IMG/VR virus record: IMGVR_UViG_3300013426_000014
Span: 192,001 to 256,000 of that record
DNA length: 64,000 nt
Direction: 5' to 3' (one strand)
Source: a virus
Lineage: Duplodnaviria; Caudoviricetes
Shown here piece by piece: positions 39,277 to 49,647 of this stretch (the first letter of the stretch is position 1; the number at the start of each line of letters is the position of its first letter). The position numbers and the translations under genes are program-made. The notes under the pieces are model-generated. The model was not told the DNA's origin and did not search any database. It worked only from the letters and a program-made list of their open reading frames with translations.

Positions 39277-40245
39277 ATGTTGTCATTAAACGAAGATTTT
39301 GACTTTACCGATATGTCGGATACCGATTACACAAATACATTCGCCGATATCGATGAATCCGCGGAAAAAGAAAAGGCTTTACAGGATGCGTTCTGAACAG
39401 ATTATGTGCCATGCTACCGTGATTATCCGTCTGTGACAGTGATATGTAAGAGCAAAAATGATATTCCGGAATTATCCGTCACAATAGTGGACAATCCGTA
39501 TTGAAATCCTGCTATTATTCTGGATTTGGCGCGTGGCGGATTTGCCGGTTTCATTAAAAAATATGGTGATTATATTATTCGCGGCGGCAAATCCGGATCT
39601 ATAGCAGGTACGGTATCACGTCTATTATTACAATTCATCCCGACATCAGACTTTAACCTTATCGGAGCACCGGTAGAGACAATCGGGTTGAATGTTTGTA
39701 TCGGCAAGAATGACCGTACTACTGGCCCGGCTCTCCAAAAATATGATCCCCGCGTCGCAATTCGTTCATATCAGCTGAACTCATTAGACGGATGCCCGCG
39801 CCGGATTACCCGCGGAAATTTCAATATCACCAATTGTCCAAATCTAAATTCGTTAAAAGGATCGCCGGAACACATCGATTATAATATGTCTGTTCGTAAA
39901 TGTGGAGGGGAACGCATAAAAAATTTAGACGGTATGCCAGAATATATCGGCGGAACATTTTATTCAATTAAATCTATACAGCCGGTCGGGCATGATCCAG
40001 ACACAGGTGAATGACGGCGGCTGCTGACAACTGGAACAGTGCAAGTCGGTGGTATCACCATATTGAATACCATACCGGCGGAGCCGAGCTACGACATCAC
40101 ATCTAATGACGCAAAAAATCCGAAAAGCAAAGCAGGTAAGGTATACAAAATGGTAACAGCTGGAATCACCAGTCATACCGGCGCGGATATTGTCAAAGGA
40201 TCTGTTGAAGTTGACACATCAATTCCGATCAATGAGATAAGATAA
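39277..40245 (+). CDS. EDFD-family repeat protein, 322 aa, TGA=Trp (39394, 39502, 40012)
   Basis: LNEDFDFTDMSDTDYTNTFAD; SLDGCP, SLKGSP, NLDGMPEYIGG. Confidence 0.85.
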
Positions 40246-40270
40246 TAGTATGACACATATACAGTCAATT

Positions 40271-40313
40271 AAAAAAATGTCATGTATGATATGATATCAA
40301 CATGACATTTTTT
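40271..40313. terminator. Bidirectional intrinsic terminator at the strand switch
   Basis: AAAAAAATGTCATGT...ACATGACATTTTTT between convergent gene blocks. Confidence 0.8.
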
Positions 40314-40333
40314 ATTACAGATTGAGGTGTTGA

Positions 40334-41185
40334 TTAATTTTTTAGATATGTAAACGGCTCAACCTTTCCTGTTTTTGTGTCATTCCACATATGTGTGACG
40401 AGGATCCAGTCACCGGCGGACCATCTCACTCCGGTCCTGCCTTTTCGTCCAAACCACCGCCGCCATACTTTGTACATGACATCATCGTCCTGCTTGACAT
40501 CTTGTGACTTATGCAGGATATTGAGCTCTTTTCCCGGTGATGATTTCCATCCGTCATTGTCTACTTTGTTTCTGTCTATAAATGTCGCGTGCGCGTGTTT
40601 TCCGTCAACAAGATTTATGATCCTGCATAAAAGTTTTCCCCATAATGTATTGACAGCATCTGTCATTTTTTCAGCCAATGGGCTGGATATTCTGTAGTAC
40701 CACCAGTGGTGGAATAACCAGCGCAACAGACTTTCTGACTTTCCGTCCCATACCTCATAATAGTATTTTGCAAGGGCAAATGACGGATTTCTTTTTATCA
40801 GCCAGACATGATTCTTGAACGACCGCGTGATAAAAAACAAATCATCTTTCCGTTTATCGGAATCCCAGTCTGACGTGAAGCCGGTGAACGCTTTCATCGT
40901 CTCGAGCACCGGTGATCTGTTCGGCTTGAACTTATCAATCAAGTCGTCATGCTGTCCGAACAGCTCTATCATATACGCGGGATCACCGGATTCTGTTTTC
41001 GTGTCGGTGATCCACATACCGAATGTCCACCTTTTTATCCCGCGGATTTTGAATATCGTCACAGCGTCCTCGCCCAGGTCGAATATGAAATACCCGTTTC
41101 CGGTACTGACATTCACCGGCGTCAACCCGTCATCCGTCAGTGACATGAATATTGTATCACGGATTTCTTTTTTTGTCGTTTTCAT
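40334..41185 (-). CDS. Hypothetical Trp-rich protein (all TGG)
   Basis: Start MKTTKK downstream of a host-type promoter. Confidence 0.75.
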   Translation of the reverse strand: MKTTKKEIRDTIFMSLTDDGLTPVNVSTGNGYFIFDLGEDAVTIFKIRGIKRWTFGMWITDTKTESGDPAYMIELFGQHDDLIDKFKPNRSPVLETMKAFTGFTSDWDSDKRKDDLFFITRSFKNHVWLIKRNPSFALAKYYYEVWDGKSESLLRWLFHHWWYYRISSPLAEKMTDAVNTLWGKLLCRIINLVDGKHAHATFIDRNKVDNDGWKSSPGKELNILHKSQDVKQDDDVMYKVWRRWFGRKGRTGVRWSAGDWILVTHMWNDTKTGKVEPFTYLKN

Positions 41186-41358
41186 GATATCGTATTTTAA
41201 TATGCAAATATAATAAAAAATATTAAAATAAAAAACTTTAACAGAAAAACAGATAACGTGATATGACAAAAAATGAACTATATAATGTTAGATAACGTCA
41301 TCAAATATAAAACCCACTGATATATATCAGTGGGTTTTTTAGAAGGAATGCTATATGA

Positions 41359-42021
41359 TTAACCCATCAAATTGTCCTCGATGGAGTCCATATATTCATT
41401 ATACTGATCATATGGCAGCGGTGACACATTCGACATTTGATCTACCAAATCAAAAAGCACGATGTTAAGGTTTTTGAAATCGTTCAATGATTCAAAATCC
41501 GAATTGTCCAGTCTGATGTTATGATTTTTTGCGGTAAGGCCATACCATATCGACATCGCCAAATCATCGAAATCTGATGATGAACCGACCGGATACATAC
41601 TGTCAACGCCCGCGGCGACAATAAGATCATACGGCACGCGGATCTTATCTCTGACACCATGACCTTGACGACCTGTATAATTCGGGAAGTCAGCCGCGAT
41701 AACAAATTGACGTGAATTGGTACAGCCACTGGCGGCAATCAATGAGTTCAGTAGGTTGACACCAATCAGATTGATACCAGCGTATTCGAGATCATTCTCA
41801 TAATTCGCGGCATAATCACTATCTGGATCTGCATCACTGTCAAAATTGTAATCACATGCTCGCTCCGCGTCAACTTTCGCGTTTTGGAACGCGTCACGCA
41901 TCAAATCATCAAGTACTGACTGACGAATGCCACAAGCGGAACGACTGCCTGCCCTACCGACAGGTTGTTCCGACTCGTTAAGGAAGTACGTCCTTCCATT
42001 ATATCTTACCAATCTTTTCAT
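41359..42021 (-). CDS. Hypothetical protein, possibly virion-internal
   Basis: GATAAATA upstream; N-terminal FLNES. Confidence 0.6.
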   Translation of the reverse strand: MKRLVRYNGRTYFLNESEQPVGRAGSRSACGIRQSVLDDLMRDAFQNAKVDAERACDYNFDSDADPDSDYAANYENDLEYAGINLIGVNLLNSLIAASGCTNSRQFVIAADFPNYTGRQGHGVRDKIRVPYDLIVAAGVDSMYPVGSSSDFDDLAMSIWYGLTAKNHNIRLDNSDFESLNDFKNLNIVLFDLVDQMSNVSPLPYDQYNEYMDSIEDNLMG

Positions 42022-42072
42022 TTGTAAAGATCTTTTTTTTCACTTGATATATTATTTATCAGTGTGATATGA

Positions 42073-42630
42073 CTAAAAAAGCGGAACCGACACATCCGCG
42101 GCGCGGCAAATTTTTTCCAGTCCATTTTCAGATCGTCTGAATTCTTTGAAAGATGACAACTGTCCCCATTCGATTCGTACGCCATTGCCATTAAATCTGC
42201 CGTTTATACTATTGGGTTTATATGTAACATGTGTCTGCGTTCCATCTCCATTGGTGAATGTATCAGACACCGCGTTATTGCCGTCTGGATGACGTTTCTT
42301 ATATTGCCGACGCCAATTTTCTATAACTGATTTAGGGATGACATACACACCATTGACATATCCGGACTTATTGATTTCCCTCAAAACAAGATCACTGTCA
42401 CCGGCGAATAGATCTGCTTTGCCCGCGGGCGGAAAAATACTTTCCTCCGGTATTAGAATGGCGAGCGGGTGAACCTCACTGTTGCCGTACGGGATATGGT
42501 TCCTACCTGATGCAGAAGGAACAAGATCATCGACGATTTTTTTCACGCCATTGTTATTATACGGATTATATACCGTGCCATTGATAATTGTTTTATGTTC
42601 CACTTTTTGTGTCGCCGTAATTGTTGTCAT
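42073..42630 (-). CDS. Hypothetical protein
   Basis: 185-aa ORF. Confidence 0.7.
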   Translation of the reverse strand: MTTITATQKVEHKTIINGTVYNPYNNNGVKKIVDDLVPSASGRNHIPYGNSEVHPLAILIPEESIFPPAGKADLFAGDSDLVLREINKSGYVNGVYVIPKSVIENWRRQYKKRHPDGNNAVSDTFTNGDGTQTHVTYKPNSINGRFNGNGVRIEWGQLSSFKEFRRSENGLEKICRAADVSVPLF

Positions 42631-42772
42631 AATTTTATGAGATTAAAAGATAAATAACATGTCTAATCAAAAATCAGAATGCCGTGAAATCACGGCGTCC
42701 GAAAACGGTCGTTTTTCATTTCTGTCTGTACTGGAACGCCCGTTTCGGACCAGGGGGATATAACAATCCCCC

Positions 42773-43282
42773 TTATTCTGTTATATCAGACGTCACGCTA
42801 TTATTTGTAATCGCACCCCCGTTTTCAAGATTTGCTGTATCTATATCCGCGGCTGGGCCGATTTTCACGATGTCATTCACCTGCCGGATAATATCGGATA
42901 AAAGATACGCGTAACATTCTTCTGACGCGGGTTCCAGTCTCGCTCCAATCCGGCGCATTATCCTCGCGACGGCATGAAATGCCTCATGCGCAATATTGAT
43001 ATGATCATTTGGATCAGCAACCCATAATACCATATCCTGTTCTGATATGGAAGAGTCAAGAAAACCCACACATCTACCGGAATCATGCCGCCCGGCGTTT
43101 CCCCGGATCATCTCGTCTACCATGCTGTCCGCGATATCACGGTCGACTTCGTTTTCAGTCTCACGCATAAAACGCATAATAGATCTGACCGTTTCCCGCT
43201 CGACATCACCGTTCGAAGGCACGCCCGCTATGAACAATATTGAAGTCCTGTAACTGGACAGGCAGATTACCCCGCTTTTCAT
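42773..43282 (-). CDS. HExxH metallopeptidase-like protein
   Basis: IAHEAFH...EECYAYL. Confidence 0.65.
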   Translation of the reverse strand: MKSGVICLSSYRTSILFIAGVPSNGDVERETVRSIMRFMRETENEVDRDIADSMVDEMIRGNAGRHDSGRCVGFLDSSISEQDMVLWVADPNDHINIAHEAFHAVARIMRRIGARLEPASEECYAYLLSDIIRQVNDIVKIGPAADIDTANLENGGAITNNSVTSDITE

Positions 43283-43491
43283 AATATATGCGATGTTTTT
43301 GATTCATCTTTGACGGATTCATCCTCTGTGGTTTCATCATCTATCGCCTGGATTCGCATCGCTTGTACAAGAAGTACAACAAAAAACGCGACGATGATAA
43401 TCGTCATGAAATCAATAATAATAAAAATCCAGTTCATATCCAAAAAATTATAATATTCTATAAATAAATTCTTTGACAAGACGACGTCCAT
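43279..43491 (-). CDS. Small membrane protein
   Basis: TM segment; ATGA overlap with the next gene. Confidence 0.6.
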   Translation of the reverse strand: MDVVLSKNLFIEYYNFLDMNWIFIIIDFMTIIIVAFFVVLLVQAMRIQAIDDETTEDESVKDESKTSHIL

Positions 43492-43806
43492 CCACGAATA
43501 TTGTTCTCACCAGTAAAACTTATATAATCAAAAATAGACAATTACATACATCCATACATTGAATATTAAATACATATATCCAAATGATGCATGCTGTCTT
43601 AAATGGTGTACCCGCTTCCGACACGGATGTAATCTGCCCTGTGAACTATATATCCTCACATCGGCCATCCGCTATATTGTATCCGGGGTCTGCTTTATAG
43701 CGCTGTTAAGACTTACGCTCCGGAAATCCGTCATCTTGTCAAAGAACTGTATTGCAAATATAGATATAATTTTTGAAATAGAAAACTGTTTTCTTATATT
43801 TTTGTG

Positions 43807-44715
43807 TTATTCTTTAATCCATTTGATGAACACGTTCTTTGCCTTACGAAATACAATACATATACGGCATATAATCGAATCCGAATCACCGATTTTACAT
43901 CCTCCCTTTACAGTCTCTGCACTTACCACCTCATGATTGCTTTTTGATGTCAGCTCGCCGTTCCGTTCAAACACGCGGTTAAGCCGCCTATTGACTGTGT
44001 CGTATAGCATCCTTTCTATTGTAATGCCTGTACGGAAAAAGAGATGATCCGCGGTCCCGTATGGATCCGTCAGTTTCTTCTCGTTCATCCGCATCATCGC
44101 GTCGTCGAATCTCAAAGCGAAAAGACTGTTCTTACTGTCTTCGTCTTCCGACACGCCGCATAATACAGCGGTCACATCATATGACCAATTTTTTATGTCA
44201 TATATTTTATTGTCAACGCCGACCATACATCCAATCATATCACCGATTTTACTGAACATATGACGAACAGGATTTCTTTTGAACATAAGTGTCATGCACA
44301 TAACATCCGTACCGCGTACCGGCCGCAATAACGATACAGTCGAAAGAACTGGATATAATCCGTCATTTAATTTTTTCGCCTGCCGCAAAAGTTTGTCGAA
44401 ATCAATATGCAGCAGAAAATCAGCGGTGATGACGCTTCCGTCAATATAATCCGGATCATCCACACGGACATCGGCAGATTTCAATCTTGTTATCACGCCC
44501 GGCTGGAATAAAGACAGCAACACTGCCATTTTTACCTGTTCCGATGCTTTACCGTATACAGAATGATCATCTCTCACTGCATCATGCAAAAAATCAAAAA
44601 TCTCACGTATTGTCTTTGTCTGCATCGTACATCGTTTCACGGGTGGCTTGTTATTCACCGATGTGCCACGCTGATTTTCCATGTTCTGACGTCGTTTTGT
44701 ATTAGGTGATGTCAT
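43807..44715 (-). CDS. Hypothetical protein
   Basis: 302-aa ORF. Confidence 0.7.
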   Translation of the reverse strand: MTSPNTKRRQNMENQRGTSVNNKPPVKRCTMQTKTIREIFDFLHDAVRDDHSVYGKASEQVKMAVLLSLFQPGVITRLKSADVRVDDPDYIDGSVITADFLLHIDFDKLLRQAKKLNDGLYPVLSTVSLLRPVRGTDVMCMTLMFKRNPVRHMFSKIGDMIGCMVGVDNKIYDIKNWSYDVTAVLCGVSEDEDSKNSLFALRFDDAMMRMNEKKLTDPYGTADHLFFRTGITIERMLYDTVNRRLNRVFERNGELTSKSNHEVVSAETVKGGCKIGDSDSIICRICIVFRKAKNVFIKWIKE

Positions 44716-44834
44716 AATAAAATCTTGTAAATCAACTAAAAATTATATATGTGGTATTCGTTAATTTTTATGATTTATAATAAAAAAGACGGAATATGTT
44801 ATCCCGTCTTTTTAATAAAAGCGATTACCGTCGA

Positions 44835-45158
44835 TTACGCTTCCGCTTCGATTTCCCGCATGATTATCGCACGGATATCCCGCATCTCCGGCGGCGTGAT
44901 TCTGCGGATAATCTTGCCGGATTTATAAACCAGCGCGGCCGGGATGTTCCTTATGCCGCACACCGCCGTGATCTCGTCCGCGCCATTTGAATCGACATCG
45001 ATTTTAATGACGGATACCTTCCCAGCAATGAATGGATCCGCCGCGAGCTTGTCGATCTCTGGTCCCGCGACCTTACATGGTCCGCACCATCCCGCGTAAA
45101 AATCGACAAGAGTCATACGATCGGTTGACACCGCGTCATTGAATTCGGTGATGTTCAT
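44835..45158 (-). CDS. trxA: Thioredoxin
   Basis: VDFYAGWCGPCK. Confidence 0.92.
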   Translation of the reverse strand: MNITEFNDAVSTDRMTLVDFYAGWCGPCKVAGPEIDKLAADPFIAGKVSVIKIDVDSNGADEITAVCGIRNIPAALVYKSGKIIRRITPPEMRDIRAIIMREIEAEA

Positions 45159-45160
45159 CG

Positions 45161-45742
45161 TTACTGCTCGTCTTTTTCAGAATCCGTGTCGATGACCTCG
45201 TAAGGAATGTCACCGAAATCATCCTGCTCCTCGTCATCCACACCGATGTACTTTTTGAAATCAAACTTGTCACCGGTAAGTTTTTCGAGATACGCGCCGT
45301 TCGCCTTGATGACATTGATCGTCCTTTCCGCGAAAATACCGATAAGTTTGGTGTAAACAGATGCGATTTCTGTCACAGCGGCGTCGACGATACACAATGT
45401 GTCGGCATATGCCTTATTCTCCGCTTTCGTCAACGCGATCTTCTTGCCGATCTCCTCGTTGAACTCGTCATCGGGCGAGCACACGGCACGGCCGATGACC
45501 TTCAGATTCTTGCCGTCGTAAAGCGAGCGGCTGTACACACGCATCAGCGATCCGGTGTACGGATGCACATGGGCGGACGGTTTCTGCCATTGTGTCGCTG
45601 GATCGACACCAGTGTTGTCCTCGAGCGACGGGATGGATATCTTGTACTGCAGCACACACGTCACCATGCGTTTCTCTTTGTTGACTGAATAAATTGGCTC
45701 GCCCTGATAGACGACTTTGATTTTCGTTGAGCTTAAATCCAT
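45161..45742 (-). CDS. Hypothetical protein
   Basis: GRAVCSPDDEFNEEIGKKIA motif; start MDLSS. Confidence 0.7.
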   Translation of the reverse strand: MDLSSTKIKVVYQGEPIYSVNKEKRMVTCVLQYKISIPSLEDNTGVDPATQWQKPSAHVHPYTGSLMRVYSRSLYDGKNLKVIGRAVCSPDDEFNEEIGKKIALTKAENKAYADTLCIVDAAVTEIASVYTKLIGIFAERTINVIKANGAYLEKLTGDKFDFKKYIGVDDEEQDDFGDIPYEVIDTDSEKDEQ

Positions 45743-45768
45743 AATGATATAAGATTTGATTGTTTGAC

Positions 45769-46641
45769 TTATTGATTGTCCGATTCCTTGCAGTCGATGA
45801 CATACCCGGCGGCGTATCTGAACAGTTTCCTGTTCATGTCGAGATCTTTCGCGACGGCGGTGATTGCCCTGACCTTGCGCGGCTTCTTCGCCGGATCCGC
45901 CGACGCCTTGAACCCGCCGCGGGTCATCTTCTCCTGAAGGATATTGTATACCGTCCACAGGTCGTCACCGTGATCTTCTTGCCTCACCGGCTCGATAATT
46001 TCTTCAGCGACGTCGAACGGCAACGTGAACGGAACTTCCGGCTTAATGCCGCGGCGGATTTTGAACGCAGCAGAAGCAAAGTCAATCTTCTGCTTTTTCG
46101 TCAGCATGACGCGTTTCATTCCGTTGATGATCTCTATCTGCTTCGGCAGCTGCGCGATAACGCCGGCGGTCAGGTCACGAAGTTCCTGGAATGTGTATGC
46201 TACATGACGGATTGACAGATCCGCGAACTGGTCGGACGCGATGACCAGACCGTTGCTGCACACCACCCTGTACAGGCCGACCATGAACTTGAACGAATGC
46301 ATCCCGTCATGCGAGTTGGTCAGGATGATGCGCGGCCAGCAGTCGACACCGCCATCGAGATTGCGGACGACCACGTCCGGATTCTGGAATGCGACCATAT
46401 GGAACGAATACTTCCTGTCGCCACGCTGACGCTGCTGCTTCGCGTCGACCGGATACCACCCGAGCTTCGCCATATCGTCGATGACGGTCTTCGTGTTCGC
46501 CGGAACATACAGCGTCGACACGTCGGGGTTAGACGGCTCCGTCATGAAGGCGCATGGGCATTTCTTTCTGAGTTCGTTTTCTGTAAGAAACTCAGTGGCG
46601 AGACCATTGTCTCTGAAATTCATCATAATGTCTTCTTTCAT
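45769..46641 (-). CDS. DUF932/DUF945-family protein
   Basis: LTNSHDG...GLYRVVCSNGLV...LWTVYN. Confidence 0.85.
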   Translation of the reverse strand: MKEDIMMNFRDNGLATEFLTENELRKKCPCAFMTEPSNPDVSTLYVPANTKTVIDDMAKLGWYPVDAKQQRQRGDRKYSFHMVAFQNPDVVVRNLDGGVDCWPRIILTNSHDGMHSFKFMVGLYRVVCSNGLVIASDQFADLSIRHVAYTFQELRDLTAGVIAQLPKQIEIINGMKRVMLTKKQKIDFASAAFKIRRGIKPEVPFTLPFDVAEEIIEPVRQEDHGDDLWTVYNILQEKMTRGGFKASADPAKKPRKVRAITAVAKDLDMNRKLFRYAAGYVIDCKESDNQ

Positions 46642-46714
46642 AATTGTATGTTTTTTTATTGATTAACGATGCAAATATAATAGTTATATTCGAAAAGAAA
46701 AAATTTATTTCAAA

Positions 46715-47251
46715 TTATTTTCGCCATGCAGATTTCGACATCATCTTCGACATGTTCCTGATATTGTCTTTGCCGTTGTCATATGATAATATATCATCGT
46801 CCATCTTCATATCAGGGGACCACCACCAACTATCATATTTCCCGGTTCCCGTTTCGATATGCCTTGTCATACGGGCAAACTCTTTTGACACCTCCCATTC
46901 GGTACTGTTCCCGAATTTGTAATTGACGTAATCCCATGATCTACCCTGTATCTGCCGCATCGAGATTTTTTCGTACTTCATATCCATTGACTGCTTTTTG
47001 GACGTCAGTATGAAATTCGGATGTTTCTGCATGAACCACATGAAATCAAATTCGTCGCCGAGTATCAGCGCCTCCGCGGTGGTGATACAGTGAGTCCGCC
47101 GTTTGTTGAAATGCCGCCTGTGCCTTTTCACTGGATCGACAAAATGCCAGTAACTCAATGGAAGCATGCCGATGTTAGCGGTAATGGCGACAGTCCGCGA
47201 TGATGTCATTTTGCCGGCTTCGGCATAAGTTATTATATCCGGATTGTTCAT
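46715..47251 (-). CDS. Hypothetical protein
   Basis: ORF. Confidence 0.6.
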   Translation of the reverse strand: MNNPDIITYAEAGKMTSSRTVAITANIGMLPLSYWHFVDPVKRHRRHFNKRRTHCITTAEALILGDEFDFMWFMQKHPNFILTSKKQSMDMKYEKISMRQIQGRSWDYVNYKFGNSTEWEVSKEFARMTRHIETGTGKYDSWWWSPDMKMDDDILSYDNGKDNIRNMSKMMSKSAWRK

Positions 47252-47252
47252 A

Positions 47253-47450
47253 TTACAGGACGCACGCGAGCAAGATGACAATACCAATCACGACAAAAAT
47301 AAGGCATCCACATCCGAATTCGGAACATCCGAAATCCGCGTCGAATATGGTGTTGAATATCTCGCCGCCTGTGGCGAGCAGCGATATCAGAAGTATCGCG
47401 ATAATTATTATCAAGAAAACCATAACCATTGATATTTTAATATGACACAA
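47253..47450 (-). CDS. Small membrane protein
   Basis: Two TM segments. Confidence 0.6.
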   Translation of the reverse strand: MCHIKISMVMVFLIIIIAILLISLLATGGEIFNTIFDADFGCSEFGCGCLIFVVIGIVILLACVL

Positions 47451-47525
47451 ATATAGACATTATTTTTGAAAATAAAAAATCCGGGCTGAAAAATTTCAGT
47501 CCGGGACAAATTATATGGTTATCCG

Positions 47526-47798
47526 TTATTTCTTTCTTTTTCCGTCGGCGGCAATCATATCCGCGAGACATTCATCTATATAGTTGTATTCCATACCATT
47601 AATTGTCCGCCGTTTATAAAATTTTCCATCCTTTTTTGTATCGCCGAACAGTATATCGTCGCCGTTAAGGATCACCGTTGTGACGCATATGTCTTTCGCA
47701 CATACCGGATACGTATTCCATGTGCCGCCGGCGTCCTGTAAATACAGCTTTAACTTTTCCGCGGACTTCGCCGCTTTCTGTTCCTTTGTCTGACCCAT
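47526..47798 (-). CDS. Hypothetical protein
   Basis: 90-aa ORF. Confidence 0.65.
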   Translation of the reverse strand: MGQTKEQKAAKSAEKLKLYLQDAGGTWNTYPVCAKDICVTTVILNGDDILFGDTKKDGKFYKRRTINGMEYNYIDECLADMIAADGKRKK

Positions 47799-47845
47799 TG
47801 CGAATATGTAATTATCGGGTTAAGCGTCTGCTCTCATTATTGATG

Positions 47846-48226
47846 CTACTTGCTTTTGCGGTATGACGTAAACATATAATTAAGTCACGCATACGGTTTC
47901 CTTGTATCGAGATATGACAAGTCCCATTGGTGATTATACGCCTCCTGCTCGAATGAGATGTCGATATATGCGGTCTTCACAGGCGGTGTCAGCAGCCTTA
48001 TCAGCCATGCGATGAAATACCAGACATAAAATAAAATATATGCCATCTCTTTCATCTGTGCTGTGTGTATCTGCTCATGGTTCAATGATTTTAACACTCG
48101 TGTGTTTCCGTTACGTATTCCGTCCCTAATTGTCTTTTCATATTTTTTACGGATAAACAAAACACCGAATATGTTCATCATAGAGAACCTGCCGAACGGG
48201 ATGATATCATTGAAAACCATTTTCAT
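47846..48226 (-). CDS. Conserved HExxH membrane protein, TGA=Trp at 47885-47887
   Basis: NHEQIHTAQ...ISFEQEAY...RKPYA*LNY; GATAAATA upstream. Confidence 0.7.
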
Positions 48227-48262
48227 AGAGCGGATATTTATCTTTACCGCTTTATTTATCAG

Positions 48263-48613
48263 CTACACATAAGAATCGAGCTCTTTTGCAATATTGTCAA
48301 GTTCATTTGCATATTTATCAAATTCATTATGCGTGAAATACCGCGCGGCATTAGTTCTGAGCAGTTTGGACAAAATTTTTGATATCGTCGACACCCGGAT
48401 GCATATATCATTGATTCTGTCGGAAGTAACAGTCGAGTTTAATCCGTGATCAATAACGCTGATTACAGATGGATTACTTGTGATTGTCTGTGACTGATCA
48501 ACATATCCAACCGATCCGATCGATCCGTTCTGTTCAGTGACAGACAAATCAATATCAACCGTCTTATATGTCCCGTCCAATTGCGCTATATTTACAAATT
48601 GACTCATGTTCAT
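48263..48613 (-). CDS. Hypothetical protein
   Basis: ORF. Confidence 0.65.
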   Translation of the reverse strand: MNMSQFVNIAQLDGTYKTVDIDLSVTEQNGSIGSVGYVDQSQTITSNPSVISVIDHGLNSTVTSDRINDICIRVSTISKILSKLLRTNAARYFTHNEFDKYANELDNIAKELDSYV

Positions 48614-48618
48614 AATGA

Positions 48619-48990
48619 TTATGAAAGATATGATGTCGGCGCTGACAAATCGGCGTTATTATTCTTGTCGCGCGCCTGTGCTTTCACTTTCTCACTCGCC
48701 TGTGAAAGCATCGCCTTGTAATACTCCTTCCGTGCGATCTCGCGAAGTCTCTTATTCGTCTTTACCTCTTTCTCATACGCGAGATATGTCTCAGATGACA
48801 CATACGGAACGCTCTGCCGTATCTGTTTGAACTTCCAGAAAAGAAACCGACGCTCGATAATATATGTCACTATCATCGCCGTATATTTGTCTCTTACTGC
48901 ATCGGCGCAGTTGTCGACCGTCACCTCGTTGTAATACACCATCTTTTCTGGGCGAACGATATTCGCAGTATGCTTTCTGTAATCTTCCAT
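48619..48990 (-). CDS. Hypothetical protein
   Basis: ORF. Confidence 0.65.
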   Translation of the reverse strand: MEDYRKHTANIVRPEKMVYYNEVTVDNCADAVRDKYTAMIVTYIIERRFLFWKFKQIRQSVPYVSSETYLAYEKEVKTNKRLREIARKEYYKAMLSQASEKVKAQARDKNNNADLSAPTSYLS

Positions 48991-49008
48991 TGAATCTAAA
49001 ATTAAATG

Positions 49009-49635
49009 TTACAAATAATCAACGTCCTGTAATGCAGGATCCTCGCTATATGGACGATCCGGACAATGCTCGCTGCAATACGGAGACAGCCATCCTGTCG
49101 TCCACCGTCTCGCCGGCCTACCACATATTATACAGGTATGCCATGAAAGTTTTTCATATTCGTCGATTATTTCCGGTATTCTTGACCCGGCCGGATATCC
49201 GGCGTCATACCAGCGGAGCGTCCCATACTTCTCTTTTATATCCATGATCCGGTATTTCCGCGTGAAACGGAAACGTCTAAGTTCACTTCTGATATCCTTA
49301 CACATCTTGATACCGAACGCGTCACGCCAACCGGCCGGCATCATGTCAAGCTCCGTGTATGTCGGCACGCAATGAATAATCTGCAGCGGCCACTTGTTCA
49401 TCCAGTCAAGAAATTTGATCTTGATGTATAACCACCGGTTTTTGATCACCGGTCTGTAATGATCGTCATATGTAACAGCATCTGCCCAATGATCACGGTG
49501 ATACTCGACAATCTTCCAGTTATTATAATGAAGCCCGGTGAACCTGTTCCGCGGATAAAGGAACGGGAACCGTATGCACAGCGCGGTCGATTTTGCCGCG
49601 GCCTTAATATTATCCCATATAATGCTGAAACTCAT
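49009..49635 (-). CDS. Phage protein with C-terminal zinc-ribbon-like motif
   Basis: IKEKYGTLRWY...CIICG...YCSEHC. Confidence 0.7.
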   Translation of the reverse strand: MSFSIIWDNIKAAAKSTALCIRFPFLYPRNRFTGLHYNNWKIVEYHRDHWADAVTYDDHYRPVIKNRWLYIKIKFLDWMNKWPLQIIHCVPTYTELDMMPAGWRDAFGIKMCKDIRSELRRFRFTRKYRIMDIKEKYGTLRWYDAGYPAGSRIPEIIDEYEKLSWHTCIICGRPARRWTTGWLSPYCSEHCPDRPYSEDPALQDVDYL

Positions 49636-49647
49636 ATCTGAATTGAT

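Noticed and set aside
36091-40245. Pseudogene graveyard explanation
   Set aside because: About 30 interruptions across the family are all TGA, some conserved between paralogs and aligned to TGG; only one full-length unit shows a frameshift
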